DNA of 61,727 nucleotides, filler included, from Choristocarpus tenellus KU-1152 (lineage: Eukaryota; Protista; Phaeophyceae), in assembly GCA_964200185.2 (NCBI GenBank). It is 10 parts of 10 records of this genome, joined end to end, with 100 filler letters (N's around TTAATTAATTAA, not from the genome) between each part and the next. Parts side by side here need not be neighbours in the genome. Positions count along the whole stretch, not along the records: positions 7,837 to 14,138 come from CAXNAD020008435.1; positions 14,239 to 17,054 come from CAXNAD020024502.1; positions 17,155 to 24,108 come from CAXNAD020006980.1; 7 more parts are not named here. One strand, written 5' to 3'. The position numbers were made by a program, and so were the translations under genes. Of this stretch, positions 11,181-24,208 are shown piece after piece. The notes beneath the pieces are model-generated. The model worked only from the letters and a program-made list of their open reading frames with translations, searched no databases and had not been told where the DNA came from. Numbering within the stretch: position 1 is the stretch's first letter; the number at the start of each line of letters is the position of its first letter.

Positions 11181-14100
11181 CTGCAGGGCGAGAGTGAGAG
11201 GAGAGGGCAGACGACCAATAAGGGTTACACAGACTGCACAGACTGTGTAGAGCTCCAAGGGGAAGTGGACTATTGCTGTCAACGCTTGTACATGTAGAAT
11301 TTCTTTAACGCTCACTTGGGCCAGTGGGATAGTGGATTGACTGTGCGCAGAGGGGAGCACTAAGATAAGGGCATTGTCGATTTCCTCTCGCATTCGATTT
11401 TCCCGTGCTATATGTGGAAACATTCAGTGAGCAATCCGTTCTTCCACAACAAGGAACAACACAAGACGCAAGGATCCTACTGTTAAACATTTGGCCATTG
11501 CTCTGTCCCCGCAGAAACAAAAATGTTGAAGCACGCCTGTACAAATCACACAAACATACATTCGCACCGACCACAATACTATTCTACCAAAACAGAAGGA
11601 AGGGTGCAATAGTCCTCACATGCTGTAGCTCGACACATCTACGTGCACACTGGGGGGGTGTGTGTGTGAAGAGAATTCTGATCACAGGTCCACTTAACCA
11701 TTTTTCCTTTCTCAAACGGTTACGGGTTCCAGCATTATATATAATCCTGCTGCCCTACCTTCACTTTTTGCAAGTTTAGGCTGCCATGGAGTTCATATAT
11801 CTGAGGGCGTATACCGCATGACATACTTTTCATCTATTTTCTGCTGATTTCTACTTGTAAATTCACACTACATACTTCAGGAGGCTCAGCTGCAGCCAAG
11901 TACCATACCTACTCAACCTCTTGTTCGAGTAGACATTTTCTTAACAAATGTATTGCCCTATATGAAAAAATAGCTAATTCACACCCTCTTTTGAGGTGGT
12001 CCAGGGTGCTTCCACTACTCCAAACTTACACCTCAATTTCAGTTTCTGTCATCATACTCAATCCATTGATTTGACACCAAGCTGATGATACCATAACTAA
12101 AATAAAATTTGTGTGCAATTTGTCTATGCAGCATATTGTCATAGTTTAAACTGCACTCCTAGCTTGCACTACTTGCACTACCTATCACCAGTCTACTAGG
12201 CAAATCATTCGAGTTTGGCAAACTCTGTCATGCAATATCCTCCAAGGTTCATTTAAATCGGCACATCTGTCTATCGCAACATGTGACCCAGAAAAGCAAG
12301 CACAAAACAAAATACTCCAATTTCGCTGCCATTACACTGCCACAAGTTCAACCTGCAAATCAACTAGGCCTACATTATGGAATTTTGCAATTCATCCCAT
12401 AGTTCCAGAACAATGTCTACAATGTCATTGTGAGAAGGCAGGTCCGGATTGAATGCCAGCATGAAGCTTACAACGAAAGTAAGTTGACACAATTTTCCAC
12501 GAGATCCTTGGCAAGAGAGAGTGGGCAATGGAGGATACCTCGTTTGCTGTGGATGAGTGTTGCCCTCCGTCCCTCCAGAGGGTACACTGCCATGTATATC
12601 CTTCACCTCCTGGGAATAAGGGTCAAGAAAGTGAACGTCGCACGTGAGACACGACATCAACTCTCAGTAATCTAGTCACAATGGCTGTACCTGCCCATGT
12701 TAATCACGGTAAGATTAGAAGCCCCTACTTCTACACAGATAGCTCAACCCTTTGTGAAAGAACGGAAGGCCATCATCAAATCTAGACTACCCGATTATGG
12801 ACGTTGCGGACGAAAATGGTTGCTTTCGGGTCAAGGAATCAAAGCAGTGATGTAATATAAAAATCTTATTTACTTTCCGACAGTCACCGGCGCAATGGTA
12901 GGACAGGACAGGTACTTCGCGCCAATTCAGTTTATCCAACATCCAAACTCTGACTTTTTTCATGAGTCCCTAGACACGAATATCCCTATACACTGCTCAA
13001 TCCGGGACATCTAATACCATCAAGCTTCCTACGCATACTTCCTTTTAAAAAAAACTCTTACTGCAAACGTCCAGAGCTCTTGCATCGGCAAGTACCCCTT
13101 CCCTTCTCAATAATCAATTCTCGACCTGTGTGTGTTCGCCAACCCAGTCATTGGCTCCATCACTATCTTTGGCATTGCATTTGGAAGCCATAGTTTGAGC
13201 GAAGCTATGCACAGAATATCGCGCCCAGTTACTCCGTGCAGAGACCCTTTCTCCCAACAAATATTGACTATCGCTCCAGCGGGCTGATGAGGATTGCGGT
13301 ATATGCGATACCCTCGGTTGCATGGTGGTTCGAAGAGACATCGCCGAAGAAGTTAATCTGAGCATTCCAACAGAAAATGCAGCCATGCGAAACCTAAACA
13401 TGCCATTATACTCTTCAAACGCCCTGTGGGGGGGATGCATCCTTGACATATGAAGATACTGGTTGTACGCTCTATCAACTTCTACACAATTTTTAATTTT
13501 CAGTTCTGTGCAAGTTTTTAATACCTGGACGGCGTTTATGTTCAACTTCAATAACATCCAAAACCTGATTTACAACAAAGATGAACTTTGTTCCAACCCC
13601 TTCAACACGAGACTTCTTCTTCACAATAATCTGGTTTCGATTGTCCTAGTTCATATAGTTCAACGGATTGTGTACGCTGTCCTGTTTGTGGCTATGCCAC
13701 AAAAAAGCTGGACTGAGAAAGCGAGTTGAAAACTTCGGGGGACAGGTTTATTTAGCAGAAGATTCGAGGGAAGGGACAGAATGACAAGGGGTGGGAGCGC
13801 TGAACGTGCGAGAACCAAGGCAGGAACGGAGTCAGTACGATTAGTCATAGTGCAACAGTTAGTACTTAGATAGTATGAGGATTAGTGCATCTTGAAATGC
13901 CTCTGACCATGGGCTGGGCTATAAGATAATGCCCAGACTTTTGATTGTTGTTGTTATCGCTTTAAAACAGTGGATCGAGATAATGGCGGATGGATTATTT
14001 CATGGAGGATGGATTTTTCCAAAAATGGTGCGCGGAAAGAGTCCATATGTTTTTTTTTTGTAAATGTTGCGGCACTTTTTAAGGGCCCCTTTTTGAATGG

Positions 14101-14238
14101 GAATCCATGCCGAAGGTGGTAGTAGGACAGTGTGTGGGNNNNNNNNNNNNNNNNNNNNNNNNNNNNNNNNNNNNNNNNNNNNTTAATTAATTAANNNNNN
14201 NNNNNNNNNNNNNNNNNNNNNNNNNNNNNNNNNNNNNN

Positions 14239-14383
14239 GGTGTCCATTTGGGCCATGACCAGGAAAAGTGCACTTACATTATCCATCCAACGTATGCAAC
14301 CAAATCACACAAAAACCCCGACATGGAAAAAATTGGCCCAACTGGACAGCCGCCCCCGCCCTCCCCCCAAGATACTTTGACCC
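14239..14383. mobile_element. MITE family B, partial at contig start
   Basis: Internal ATGACCAGGAAAAGTGCAC...CAACTGGACAGCCGCC ending CCCCCAAGATACTTTGACCC; matches 51801-51930 and 52999-53124. Confidence 0.8.
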
Positions 14384-15565
14384 AGGCATAAAAAAGGCAA
14401 TTAAATCAGCTCTAAGGTGCGTAACACAGAGAGAGAGAGAAAGAGAGAGACCAATTGGAGCTGTTTCAGTACAGATATTGTATTGATTTGTGCATAGTAC
14501 ACCCTCCGCATTGCATCCAACAAGACTCAAGACTGGACCAAACGAGAACACTCAGACGAAAGGCGCACTCACAACCAAGTAACACATTAGACAACCTAAC
14601 ACTCATAAACACTGTGTTCTATCTGTACATAACACTGGAGACAAAAAGAGTATGCAACACTTTTCTTAGCGCAGTACACTCCACTACTACACTACTGTAT
14701 CGTGCAATCCTTGTAAACAATCCGGTCCAAAAACACGACACAACGTATAAAGCGCTACGCACATTGCACTTAGCAAAACAAAAACACAAAAGTCCTAACA
14801 CAGTGTTTTGAAGAGCTGTATTGTTGTCCAAAGTGTTAAGAGAAGTGAACGAATTAACTCTCTGTGGCAAATGCAATCAATTCCAAAGTGACCTCTCCCA
14901 TTTCTCACACAGATACATCAAGCCTAACCCTAACCCAAACCTTGCGATAACCTCCCCCCCCCTCCCCCCCCCAGCCCAAAGTAGCCGATCTTCTCTTCCT
15001 TGCCTCTCAGAAACCCCCACCCATGGTCTGCAAACAAGCTCCAAATTGCATATCCCCACCAACCAATCACATGTCCCTTCTAGCTGTACTACACCAATCA
15101 AAACAGCACATCAGTACAACACAACCACAAACAATAAAAAACTTCTTCTAAACAAAGACAAAAACACAATCTAGAAGCAGTAACTAACACAGGCGCAGAA
15201 AGCAAACGAAAGTGCATACGAACCACCTCCAGTACAAAAATAAGACAAAAATAAGAGTCAGTCTACCCACACAAAAAAGAAACTCCCCCCCCCCCCCCCC
15301 CCCCCACCCAAAAAAAAACACAAAAAAAAACAATAAAGACGAAAAAAAAAAAAAAAAAAAAAAAAAGTTATTNNNNCCTGCTTCTGATCTCACCATTACA
15401 AGAAAAAAAAAATAAAAAAATCCGCTCCTACAACCACTAAAAAAAAAACCCCCCCCCCCCCCCCCCAATAAAAAAAGTCAGTTATAACCCTAGTAGGTAG
15501 TAGTACAAAATCAACAAAAAGAAAAGTCGAGAAGAACCCCGACCAAAACCAAAACCAAAACCCAC

Positions 15566-15682
15566 CTGGTGGAATTCACAGAGGTGTGTAGCATCCATGC
15601 TCTCGTTGCGGAATACCCTGTCAATTGAGAAGTACCTCGTCGGCTTGAAACCGCCTTCCTGATTGGCCAGTCGATAGAGCAT
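15566..15682 (-). CDS. FARSA: Cytosolic phenylalanyl-tRNA synthetase alpha subunit, single internal exon
   Basis: [39 protein letters not shown] is class II aaRS motif 2 of eukaryotic PheRS-alpha; bounded by tgcag and gtggg, 117 nt, phase 0. Confidence 0.95.
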
Positions 15683-17199
15683 CTGCACAGCAAGGACAGA
15701 ATTGTCACACGCTACAAAAAAAAAAAAGACGAGCTTCTCGCTCAACCCCAACCCTCTTGGGCAATGCGCTTGGCATACACAACATCAGTTTTGCTATCCG
15801 AATAAGGCGTTTACGGTGTGCCAAATTTTTCCGACCGTACGTACTTCACGAGGGTAGTAAGTACGGTGAATCCAAGGTTTTAAAAGATACGAATGTAAGA
15901 TTCAAAACTGAGTTTGCTCATGTGAGGCACTTTCAGTTCAATCATTTCGCCCCCCCCTGAAGAGATGTATTTATATATACAGCTTGGAGACTTTCGGGGT
16001 GTTGATGGAGCTATACCATAATCTAATAATAATAATAATGATAATAATAATAATAATAGTAATAGTAATGTATATTTATTTTTTACTTACAAACACAATG
16101 CATCGCTCTTTGTAGTAGTGAGTAACCAGAGTATTTTTTTTAAACTGGTACTGATACTACTTTGATCTCTTTCTTATTTTTTTCAATCGAGTTCATTCAT
16201 ACTGTACAAAAACAACCCTAACCCTAACTCCTGTGAATGAACACAACATGCGTCCTATTCTCTATCAAAGCAGCACTTGCAAGTACACATTTTCCATTAC
16301 CTATTTTGTGTCTCAGAGCTCTGGAGTACTACAGAGGTATCCTTTTGTGTTGTACTAACTGCCTGGAGTCATCGATCTACTACTACTCCATGTAGGATAT
16401 TCAAAAGCACAGTAGTGGTAATAGTGTTCAAAACAAGTACTTCTAAAATGAGAAGAGTCATTGGCAGACACAAAGATTCATTGCATGTGGTGATAGATTC
16501 CTTGGGTAAGTGAAAATTTTGAAGAAAAAAAACAGAAAAAATAAAGGCATCATTAACGGCATAAAATATACTACGTACATAATAGGAAGATAGTAAATAT
16601 ACATGGAGGCGCCACTGGGCTGTGTGGGACGGCCCAGTGGCACCACAACACACAAGTTGAAGCGAACCAAGAGATCCCACACCCTCGACTGCCAATTCAA
16701 TTACACAGAGATGAGGAAGATGCTGTTTCAAAAATAAAAAAGTAATAAATATAAAACACCCCAGTAATGAACTATTAATCTCCACGACCCAGATAAGGTC
16801 AGTCTTGAATAACAAAAACAAAACGAACATATTTTTTTTTCTTTGAAGTACAAAGGACAGATACACACTGTACACAATGAGCACCTACGACATGGTACCA
16901 TCCACACCTCAGCATCAATCATCAATCATGACATCACCAAAATGAATAAATCTAGGTGAGTCCCCCCCTCCCCCCCCCCCCCCCCCCACCCCCCCCCCCC
17001 CCCCCCCCCCCCCCACCCGCAGTTTTCTCTCTTTTTCTTAAAAAAAAAAATAAANNNNNNNNNNNNNNNNNNNNNNNNNNNNNNNNNNNNNNNNNNNNTT
17101 AATTAATTAANNNNNNNNNNNNNNNNNNNNNNNNNNNNNNNNNNNNNNNNNNNNGGGGCAGAACGGGAGGGAAGAGAAAAAGTATCAAAAAGGCGTTTT

Positions 17200-20100
17200 C
17201 TGGATCAGGAGGAGAATCTGGTGACCTTGGTATAGTCAAATGATTTCTTCATTACGCATGCGACTTAGTTTTGAAAGTTTCAGACACACTGTGCTACCTG
17301 GTGTGAATTTGAGATTTATAGGTTGGTCAAACCAACAGAAAAATAAGGTACAAAACACTCCTTCTGTGACAAGTAGTGGAAGAAATAAGTAAGAGGCCAA
17401 GAGTGCAGCTACATTGCCGTGGGGAACATAACAGGTCTTGATATATCAGAAAATATCGTTATAAAATAACCCGACAGCATCCAGTATCCTGTGTACTCGC
17501 CCACAATACTTGAACAAACCTAAACCTCCTTTCCCCTTGCTATTTTGACCTGACCAAGCTGAGTGAGGATGACAACAGCAGTGCATCGAGCATGTAGCAC
17601 TGAGGTGTCACTTTAATTTCATTGGCTCTTGCCATGGGATTCAGGAAGATGGGTAGACGGATCAAATGCGACCAAATGTACACAGCAGTTCGTACACGTG
17701 CAATTTCCAGCTCTTTACAGCAAAAGTGGAGTTCGTATCTGCCTGATACTTCATTTTGACCCTGGGCTCACAAGAACGCCAACCCAATGTATATGCATAG
17801 CCTTCCGTCCACAGTATGGCCCTGACATCACAACGCGTGGTCATGAGCATGAAGGCAAGTGTCCAAGATGGCGAGCATATTCTTCACCATATAATACACC
17901 CTCACAGCACAGCATTAGCGATCAACTTCCCCATTTTAACACACAGACAAACCACTCCCTGATAGTCTCTTGGGGGGATTGGGGATCGTTGAAATGCCCA
18001 CACCCACATTCCTTTCAACTACAAGCATATTGGTTGTGAAATGGAACCCAGTTCAACTGGATGTCACTTCCTTTACGAGAAAAAGGTCGGACTAGTCGTG
18101 ACCAATATGGGCAATTGGGCATCATTTATTGCCTGTAAAGACTGAGACAAATGGTGCCAAGGTCACCTTTTTTGACAAGTTAGCAATCCCTACTCTACCA
18201 AAAATAACAAGAAATGCCAAACTCTCGATTTCATAGGTTCTTCAACCACGCCAGAAAAGAATAGACTTGACGTGCACTCCCCAGGCACCACCCCACTAAC
18301 GATACTATCGTATCACATCCCCTTGTGACTCCTACCACCAGAAATGCACGAGCAAGGCAGTGTCTCGAGCAAGTACAGACCTCAAAGTCGGAGCCTAGTG
18401 CCGTACCTACAACCGGCTATCCATCTGTAGATGGGCAATAGATAAATATATGTCATTTTGCTGTATATCCCACCTCCGAGAATTCTTTCCCAATATAGCG
18501 GCGTAGGGGTCCAGCGATATCGATGGAGGGGCTGGTCTTCTTAAAGGGGATGGCGAGCATGGTCACTCTCAAGTGAAGAAACTACAAGCTCCTTTCGCGA
18601 GCAGGGATGGTCGAGCGCTACTGGTGGGCGTTTGAGTCTTCCTCTGCTCCTCTTTGTTGAAGCGCTACGAGCAAACCACTTTCAATGAACAGCAAAGGTG
18701 AAGCGCCCACTAAGGGAGATAGAATCTCTTCGGGAGGTCTTTATGAACCTGTCTAGGGCAGTCTTATAGGAAGCTAAATTGTTTCAGGTATACCTCGAAC
18801 AAACCCCACAAGTTGACGAACTCTCTCCGCTTGGTAATGGCATGATTGAACTCGCGCGTTCTAACGCGGACAGCAAAAAACTCATCATACCTCGTGCCTA
18901 CTGTTTTCTTTTTCAAGCGGTTTCAACCAAAAATAAACCTCCACTCCCCACTCCTCATTCTACTCTTCGTACAACATGACCCACCAAATGAGGAAACAGA
19001 ATCCTATACCATGACCACCAACCTGAAACGCATTTGCTTCTTAGTTCTCTCCCTTGGTACCAATTATGGCTACTACCTTGTCATTTTAATTTGTATTCTC
19101 ACACAGTAGAGTAACATTGTTGGTCGTCGTCTATGGTCTATGGCTTTCCCAACAAGACCAAACCAACAGTTTTATCAATCAACGATATGCGCTTTGACTT
19201 TTCGGTGATATGCATCCCTAGAACAGCAGAGCTGAGAATTTTGTGAGCACCACTCTTCGATTCCTTCGTCCTCAGTACAATTCACGATCAGATATTGGCA
19301 GATAAATTCGAATGGTCTCTGAAATACGTTTGTATGGGTTGGGTGACCTGGGAAAAGGTGGAGGCGGCCAGGCATCTCAATCAAGTCACCCAAATTAGTC
19401 AGTCGTACGATTGAGACGTTAAACTTCTCTGGTCTGTGTGATTCTAGCAATTGGCCAATCTTTGAGCATTATTAATCTCTCTTGGTTGTGTCAAGGAGAA
19501 GTCCAAGGTGTGCTGGGAACACGTGATGTACGATGGGATCTCCAGAAAATGCTAAAAATGGACAACATAGGAGTGATTGAGGATCCAGTGTTCAAACTTC
19601 ATCTCACATTTCGACCAGACCACCATGCGACCACCCCTCGAGGTGAGGCAGAGTGAAAGATCATAGTTCGGATTTGCTTTGTTGTTCAAGCAGAGGAGTA
19701 ATATGTTTGGCGAAGCACACCTGAAAAAGCATTGGATACGGAAAAGTCGGTTAGGTCAGATTATTTTGCCTTATAATGCATATTGTGGAGGCCATTATCA
19801 TGATTCCCGAGATCACAGGAGTGGAGGAGTGAGAGTCTCTTAAGAGTCCTGCCATGACTGACAGGCATGCATCTGACTGACACACATGCATCAACAGCAT
19901 TGTTTAGAGCAAGGAATGTGTACATGTATGTGACAATGAGTCAACAGTGCAATATCCTGCACTGCAATACACCCTAGCCCTTCCAACTTAGAGATTCTCT
20001 CAATGGGGAGATGAATCCCTAGCATAGTGGGAGCATGCATGCCTGAATTATAGAGAGGATTGTCTGTTTGGGGTGTGTACCTCTCTGTGCTCCCTTATTC

Positions 20101-20300
20101 AATTGATTGCAATGTGGCAACAGCGAATTGTTCCCTCCTTTTGGAATAGACTTGACCTTGCACCAGATTTCGTTATTGACCTTTCCGTATTGGATCTCTA
20201 CCTTCAGAGCCTTCTTTCCACGAGTATTCTAGTTCTCAGTTGACATAGTTCAAAGTCTGATCCTCCAACCCTCTTCCTCCTTGAAGGAGAAAAGTACACT
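17200..20300 (-). mobile_element. Heavily decayed Ty3/Gypsy pol relic
   Basis: Residual motifs in RT-RH-INT order on the minus strand: KEGTIRCC (~20125), DDDQQCYSTV (~19115, RNase H), HFWW..QGDV (~18340, integrase Zn finger), KELEIARVRTAVY and HLPESHGK (~17630-17720, integrase core); many stops and frameshifts. Confidence 0.5.
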
Positions 20301-21207
20301 ACCTCACCCATTATTTGTCATTTATCCTCACAACCCCAAACCCTCTCCATGATCCAACCCATGCTCCTAACCTTGACCAGATTTCCCCAACAAGAGTCTT
20401 CCTATGTGAAAAAAAACAAGGGACGAAAAAAATATAATAGCACCTGCACGGTGTCAAGATCGAGTACTCCATCGTTCTTCCCTCGTCATTATCCCCTGTA
20501 ATCTCTGCTACCAAGTCTCAGGCTTGTTGTTCACACGAAGCCATGAGCCCCTTCTCAGTACCAACCCTCTGTGTCTCTAGCCAAGCAGAGTTGTGTCAAT
20601 TCTCAGCCCTAATATAAGCTCGCTCTTGAGTTGAACACACTTATCAACTCCTTCCACCTTGCGAAACGATGAGTGTTTCCTCAGACACATAGTGGTTGCA
20701 GGGTTCGGTGTGGACTAGGCTTGCATGGGATCAGGACATGTTAGGTTACACGGAAGGTGTGGGTATGTAAGTGCGAATGGGAGTTGTTAGTTGAAGTTTC
20801 TTGAAGAAGATCATTCAAATTTTGCAGTCTTTTTGTAGGGTGGTATGTCTTGTTGAGGAGTGGAGATAGAACCTCCCTGAAGGCATTGCGGAGGCTCAGC
20901 AAGACTGAACTATTGCGATAAGCTAACATCGTTCATCCATGCATGGACACACCTTACCAAGATTAAGAGGCAGGGATTAGATCATGTTGCAGAAAGAGTA
21001 TTGAAAGTTCTTTTAGGCCCCTGCTGTCTGTGGGAGGGTTTTTAAGGGTCTGCTGCATCTGCAACCCAAGTTGGGGATCTTGGGAAGGACCAGTTGACTT
21101 CTCGACATCCCCTGTCAAAGAAAAGTCGCCAGTTGTTGCACTGGGAATGGGGGACAGACTCACCTGCTGCACAGTGTGACTTGAGGGGAAAGAATGGAGA
21201 GTCATAG

Positions 21208-21465
21208 GAGTCAAAGTATCTTAGAGGGTAGAGCCGCGCCCATTTGGGGACGAAAATCCAATGTTGCAATTTTCATGTAATTTTGGCCATCATGTTTGCT
21301 AGGAGATGTCAATATCCTTGTTCCGGACACTCCTTTTCATAATGTATACATTTTACCTACTCCGAAATATTTGGAGTAGGTTAAGTATCATTAAATTCCT
21401 GTGGTAAGCCAAGCCTCAAATGGGCAAACAGGGAAAAACTCGTACCCTCTAAAATGCTTTCACTC
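21208..21465. mobile_element. MITE family A, full length, TSD ATAG
   Basis: ATAG-GAGTCAAAGTATCTTAGAGGGTA...TACCCTCTAAAATGCTTTCACTC-ATAG. Confidence 0.95.
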
Positions 21466-22918
21466 ATAGGACATCCATCAATGGTGAGATTCCTGGGTTT
21501 GGTATAATGGACCTACCATCCATCTGAACACTGCTAGTGAGGTCATGGACAGAAGATTTTTCTTTACACTCCATACTCTAATGTCTGGCAACGAAAGAGG
21601 TTGCATTTACCTGCAAACTCAGTTGCCTGAATGGGACTGGGGTGTTTCTTACGCTTGACATGATAGTAAATACAATGGCAAAGATCACAGGGAGTGCCAT
21701 GCCTATGGGCGAAAGATCTCTCACTTACCGTACTGGTGTCAACCTTCCACAGACAGGGAATAAGTACCTACTTCGTCTAGTACTGCTGACAGCAGAAGAC
21801 ACAGAGAGTAGTGCCACCTGTAATCAATGAAAGGCGGCTCTTTAAGGGACCCCAGGAACAACAGGGAGATTGGAGCAAGAGCCAAATAGACAGTGCACTT
21901 GTGATACTCCGACTACTAACTGTGCTGGAAGGGGTAAGGGACTATTGGTGGACAAGTGTGGAGTGGATGGGCAGGGGGATGTAACCAGGAGACGTATTTG
22001 AAACCAAGTATTGTGAATGAGGGCAGTGAAGGGGAGGAGGTGAGAAATTAAGTGGGGGTCAGGACAGGGGATGGAGTGCATGCATATGTATGTTGAGTGT
22101 AGGGTGTAGATATGGGTACAGGATAGAGGCAGGGCAGATGTTGTTAGCAAGGACAGGGAGGGTATATGGAGGTCGCAACAGTGGCAAGGGTTGAGGAGAC
22201 TTTAAACAGCGGCCAGCTAAGAGGTGGCAAGAGAAGCGCCAGCGAGACTGCTGGAAGGGATCATTGTTACAGGTACGGCAGGAAGGAGAAGAAGATAATA
22301 GGAGAGGGATAAGGAGAATTGGTTTGTCGCATTATGAGAGTGATATGTCACATTTGAGGGATGATGAAAAGGTTTCAGGGTGATTGTGCCATACTTGGTT
22401 AATTTAGTTTATTTTTCGTTCAGGGTGTATTGCACAGGGTAAGATTGACGGCTTAGAATACAAAAGAGGATACAAACCTGCCTACCTCTCGATTGTTTTG
22501 GCTCTATCCCTTCATGCATTGTCTCCCGCAATACACCTGCCTAAGGAACTACATGCGCCCAGATGGATGTACTGCGATAAATCCTGTTGAACAATAATCC
22601 TACGAAGTACTCAAGAGTCTCACTCGTGACAACTATAGTGGATTACCATCAACCTTCCATGACCAAGATTAGGTGCTGTAAACCTCTCAGATGCGCAGAG
22701 CTGTGTATGGGTAACATGGGGGTGCTGTGCTAGTGAGAAAAAAGGAGGGAAGTCGCCGCAATTTGGTAGCTGCTGTGCTCCAGCAGCTCTACCACAAGGA
22801 GAGGAGGAGCGGGTGCGTGTGCCTGGGTGAACTAAGGCCTGTGTTTGCGGCGAAAGGAGGAGAACCCCCACCAGGTAGCAGTCACGGTGCTCCAAGCACC
22901 ACCAGTGGGGAAAGAGAC

Positions 22919-22953
<35 letters not shown>

Positions 22954-23699
22954 CAACGGTAGGCATTGGAGAGGGTGGGGTTGTGCCTGTCTGTACAGGA
23001 CCAAACGATCTACTAGTCAACCATACACGTGTAGTTGCTATTTCTGTGTGTAACACTGATTTCTGAGGTGTTCAATTTGGGATTCAACCCAAACAAGTGG
23101 GTCACAGGTCAGGGTCCTACACCATCAAATCAATACAAATCTCGTATTGGTCCAACTTTCCTCTCAATAAAGTTTAGCAAAATGGTTGGACGAAAGGTAG
23201 AAGGGAAAGGGAGGATATTTCTGAAGATAGTTCCAAATACCCATCACTTTGTGTCTAGTGATGATAGGCACTATGATATACTCCCAAAGCACAAAGGAGT
23301 GGAGTTTTTTGCCCTTTTGTATTTTTTATTTTGTAGGGTTTGTTGTCGCTTTTAGATTGGAGACATTCTTATCCCAGCTAGAGACACTACACACTACCGT
23401 CTGTACTACAAATATTGACTGTCATTAATTATAACTGTTGCACAACAACTAATTGTACTGCTTCCATTCGCACCTTGATCTCGCGCGTTAAGCTCAGCAC
23501 TCGCACAGTTCATCACCAACATACCCTCAAATCTACTATTGGACTCGCTTCGATATTCCCACCTTGATCTCGGTACAACTTTTTTTTGTATCAGTAGAGA
23601 GAGAGTGTGTTTGCAATGATAATGATGTACAATTTACTGTGTTTGTGTGTGGAATTGGATCACCAAACCAAGACTTCCATTTAAATAAATCTGATGTCA

Positions 23700-23962
23700 G
23701 AGTGAAAGTATCTTAGAGGGTACGAGTTTTTTGCCCTGTTTGTCCGTTTGGGGCTTGACTTCCCATGTTTTTTTTAATGACATTTTACCTACTCCAAAAA
23801 GTTTCGAAGTACGTAAAATATATGTGTTATTAAAAGGTGTGTCTGAAGCAAGTATATTGACACTTCCTAACAAACATGATAGCCAAATTTACATCAAAAT
23901 CGCAACATTGGATTTTTTGACCCGAAGTGGACACGTATCTACCCTCTAAGATACTTTGACTC
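23700..23962. mobile_element. MITE family A, full length, TSD GTCA/GTCG
   Basis: GAGTGAAAGTATCTTAGAGGGTA...TACCCTCTAAGATACTTTGACTC. Confidence 0.95.
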
Positions 23963-24083
23963 GTCGATAGCGTTCAACTCACGAAATTCGTGCTTGAAAC
24001 AGCCTCCTCTACCCCTGGCTCACGAAACGCCGATATCCACTGTTTCATTCACTGCCCACAGATGGCTTTCTTACTGTGGATGA

Positions 24084-24108
24084 GACCCAAAGTATCTGGG
24101 AGGGGGGG
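24084..24108. mobile_element. MITE family B terminus at contig end
   Basis: GACCCAAAGTATCTGGGAGGGGGGG running into the gap. Confidence 0.75.
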
Positions 24109-24208
24109 NNNNNNNNNNNNNNNNNNNNNNNNNNNNNNNNNNNNNNNNNNNNTTAATTAATTAANNNNNNNNNNNNNNNNNNNNNNNNNNNNNNNNNNNN
24201 NNNNNNNN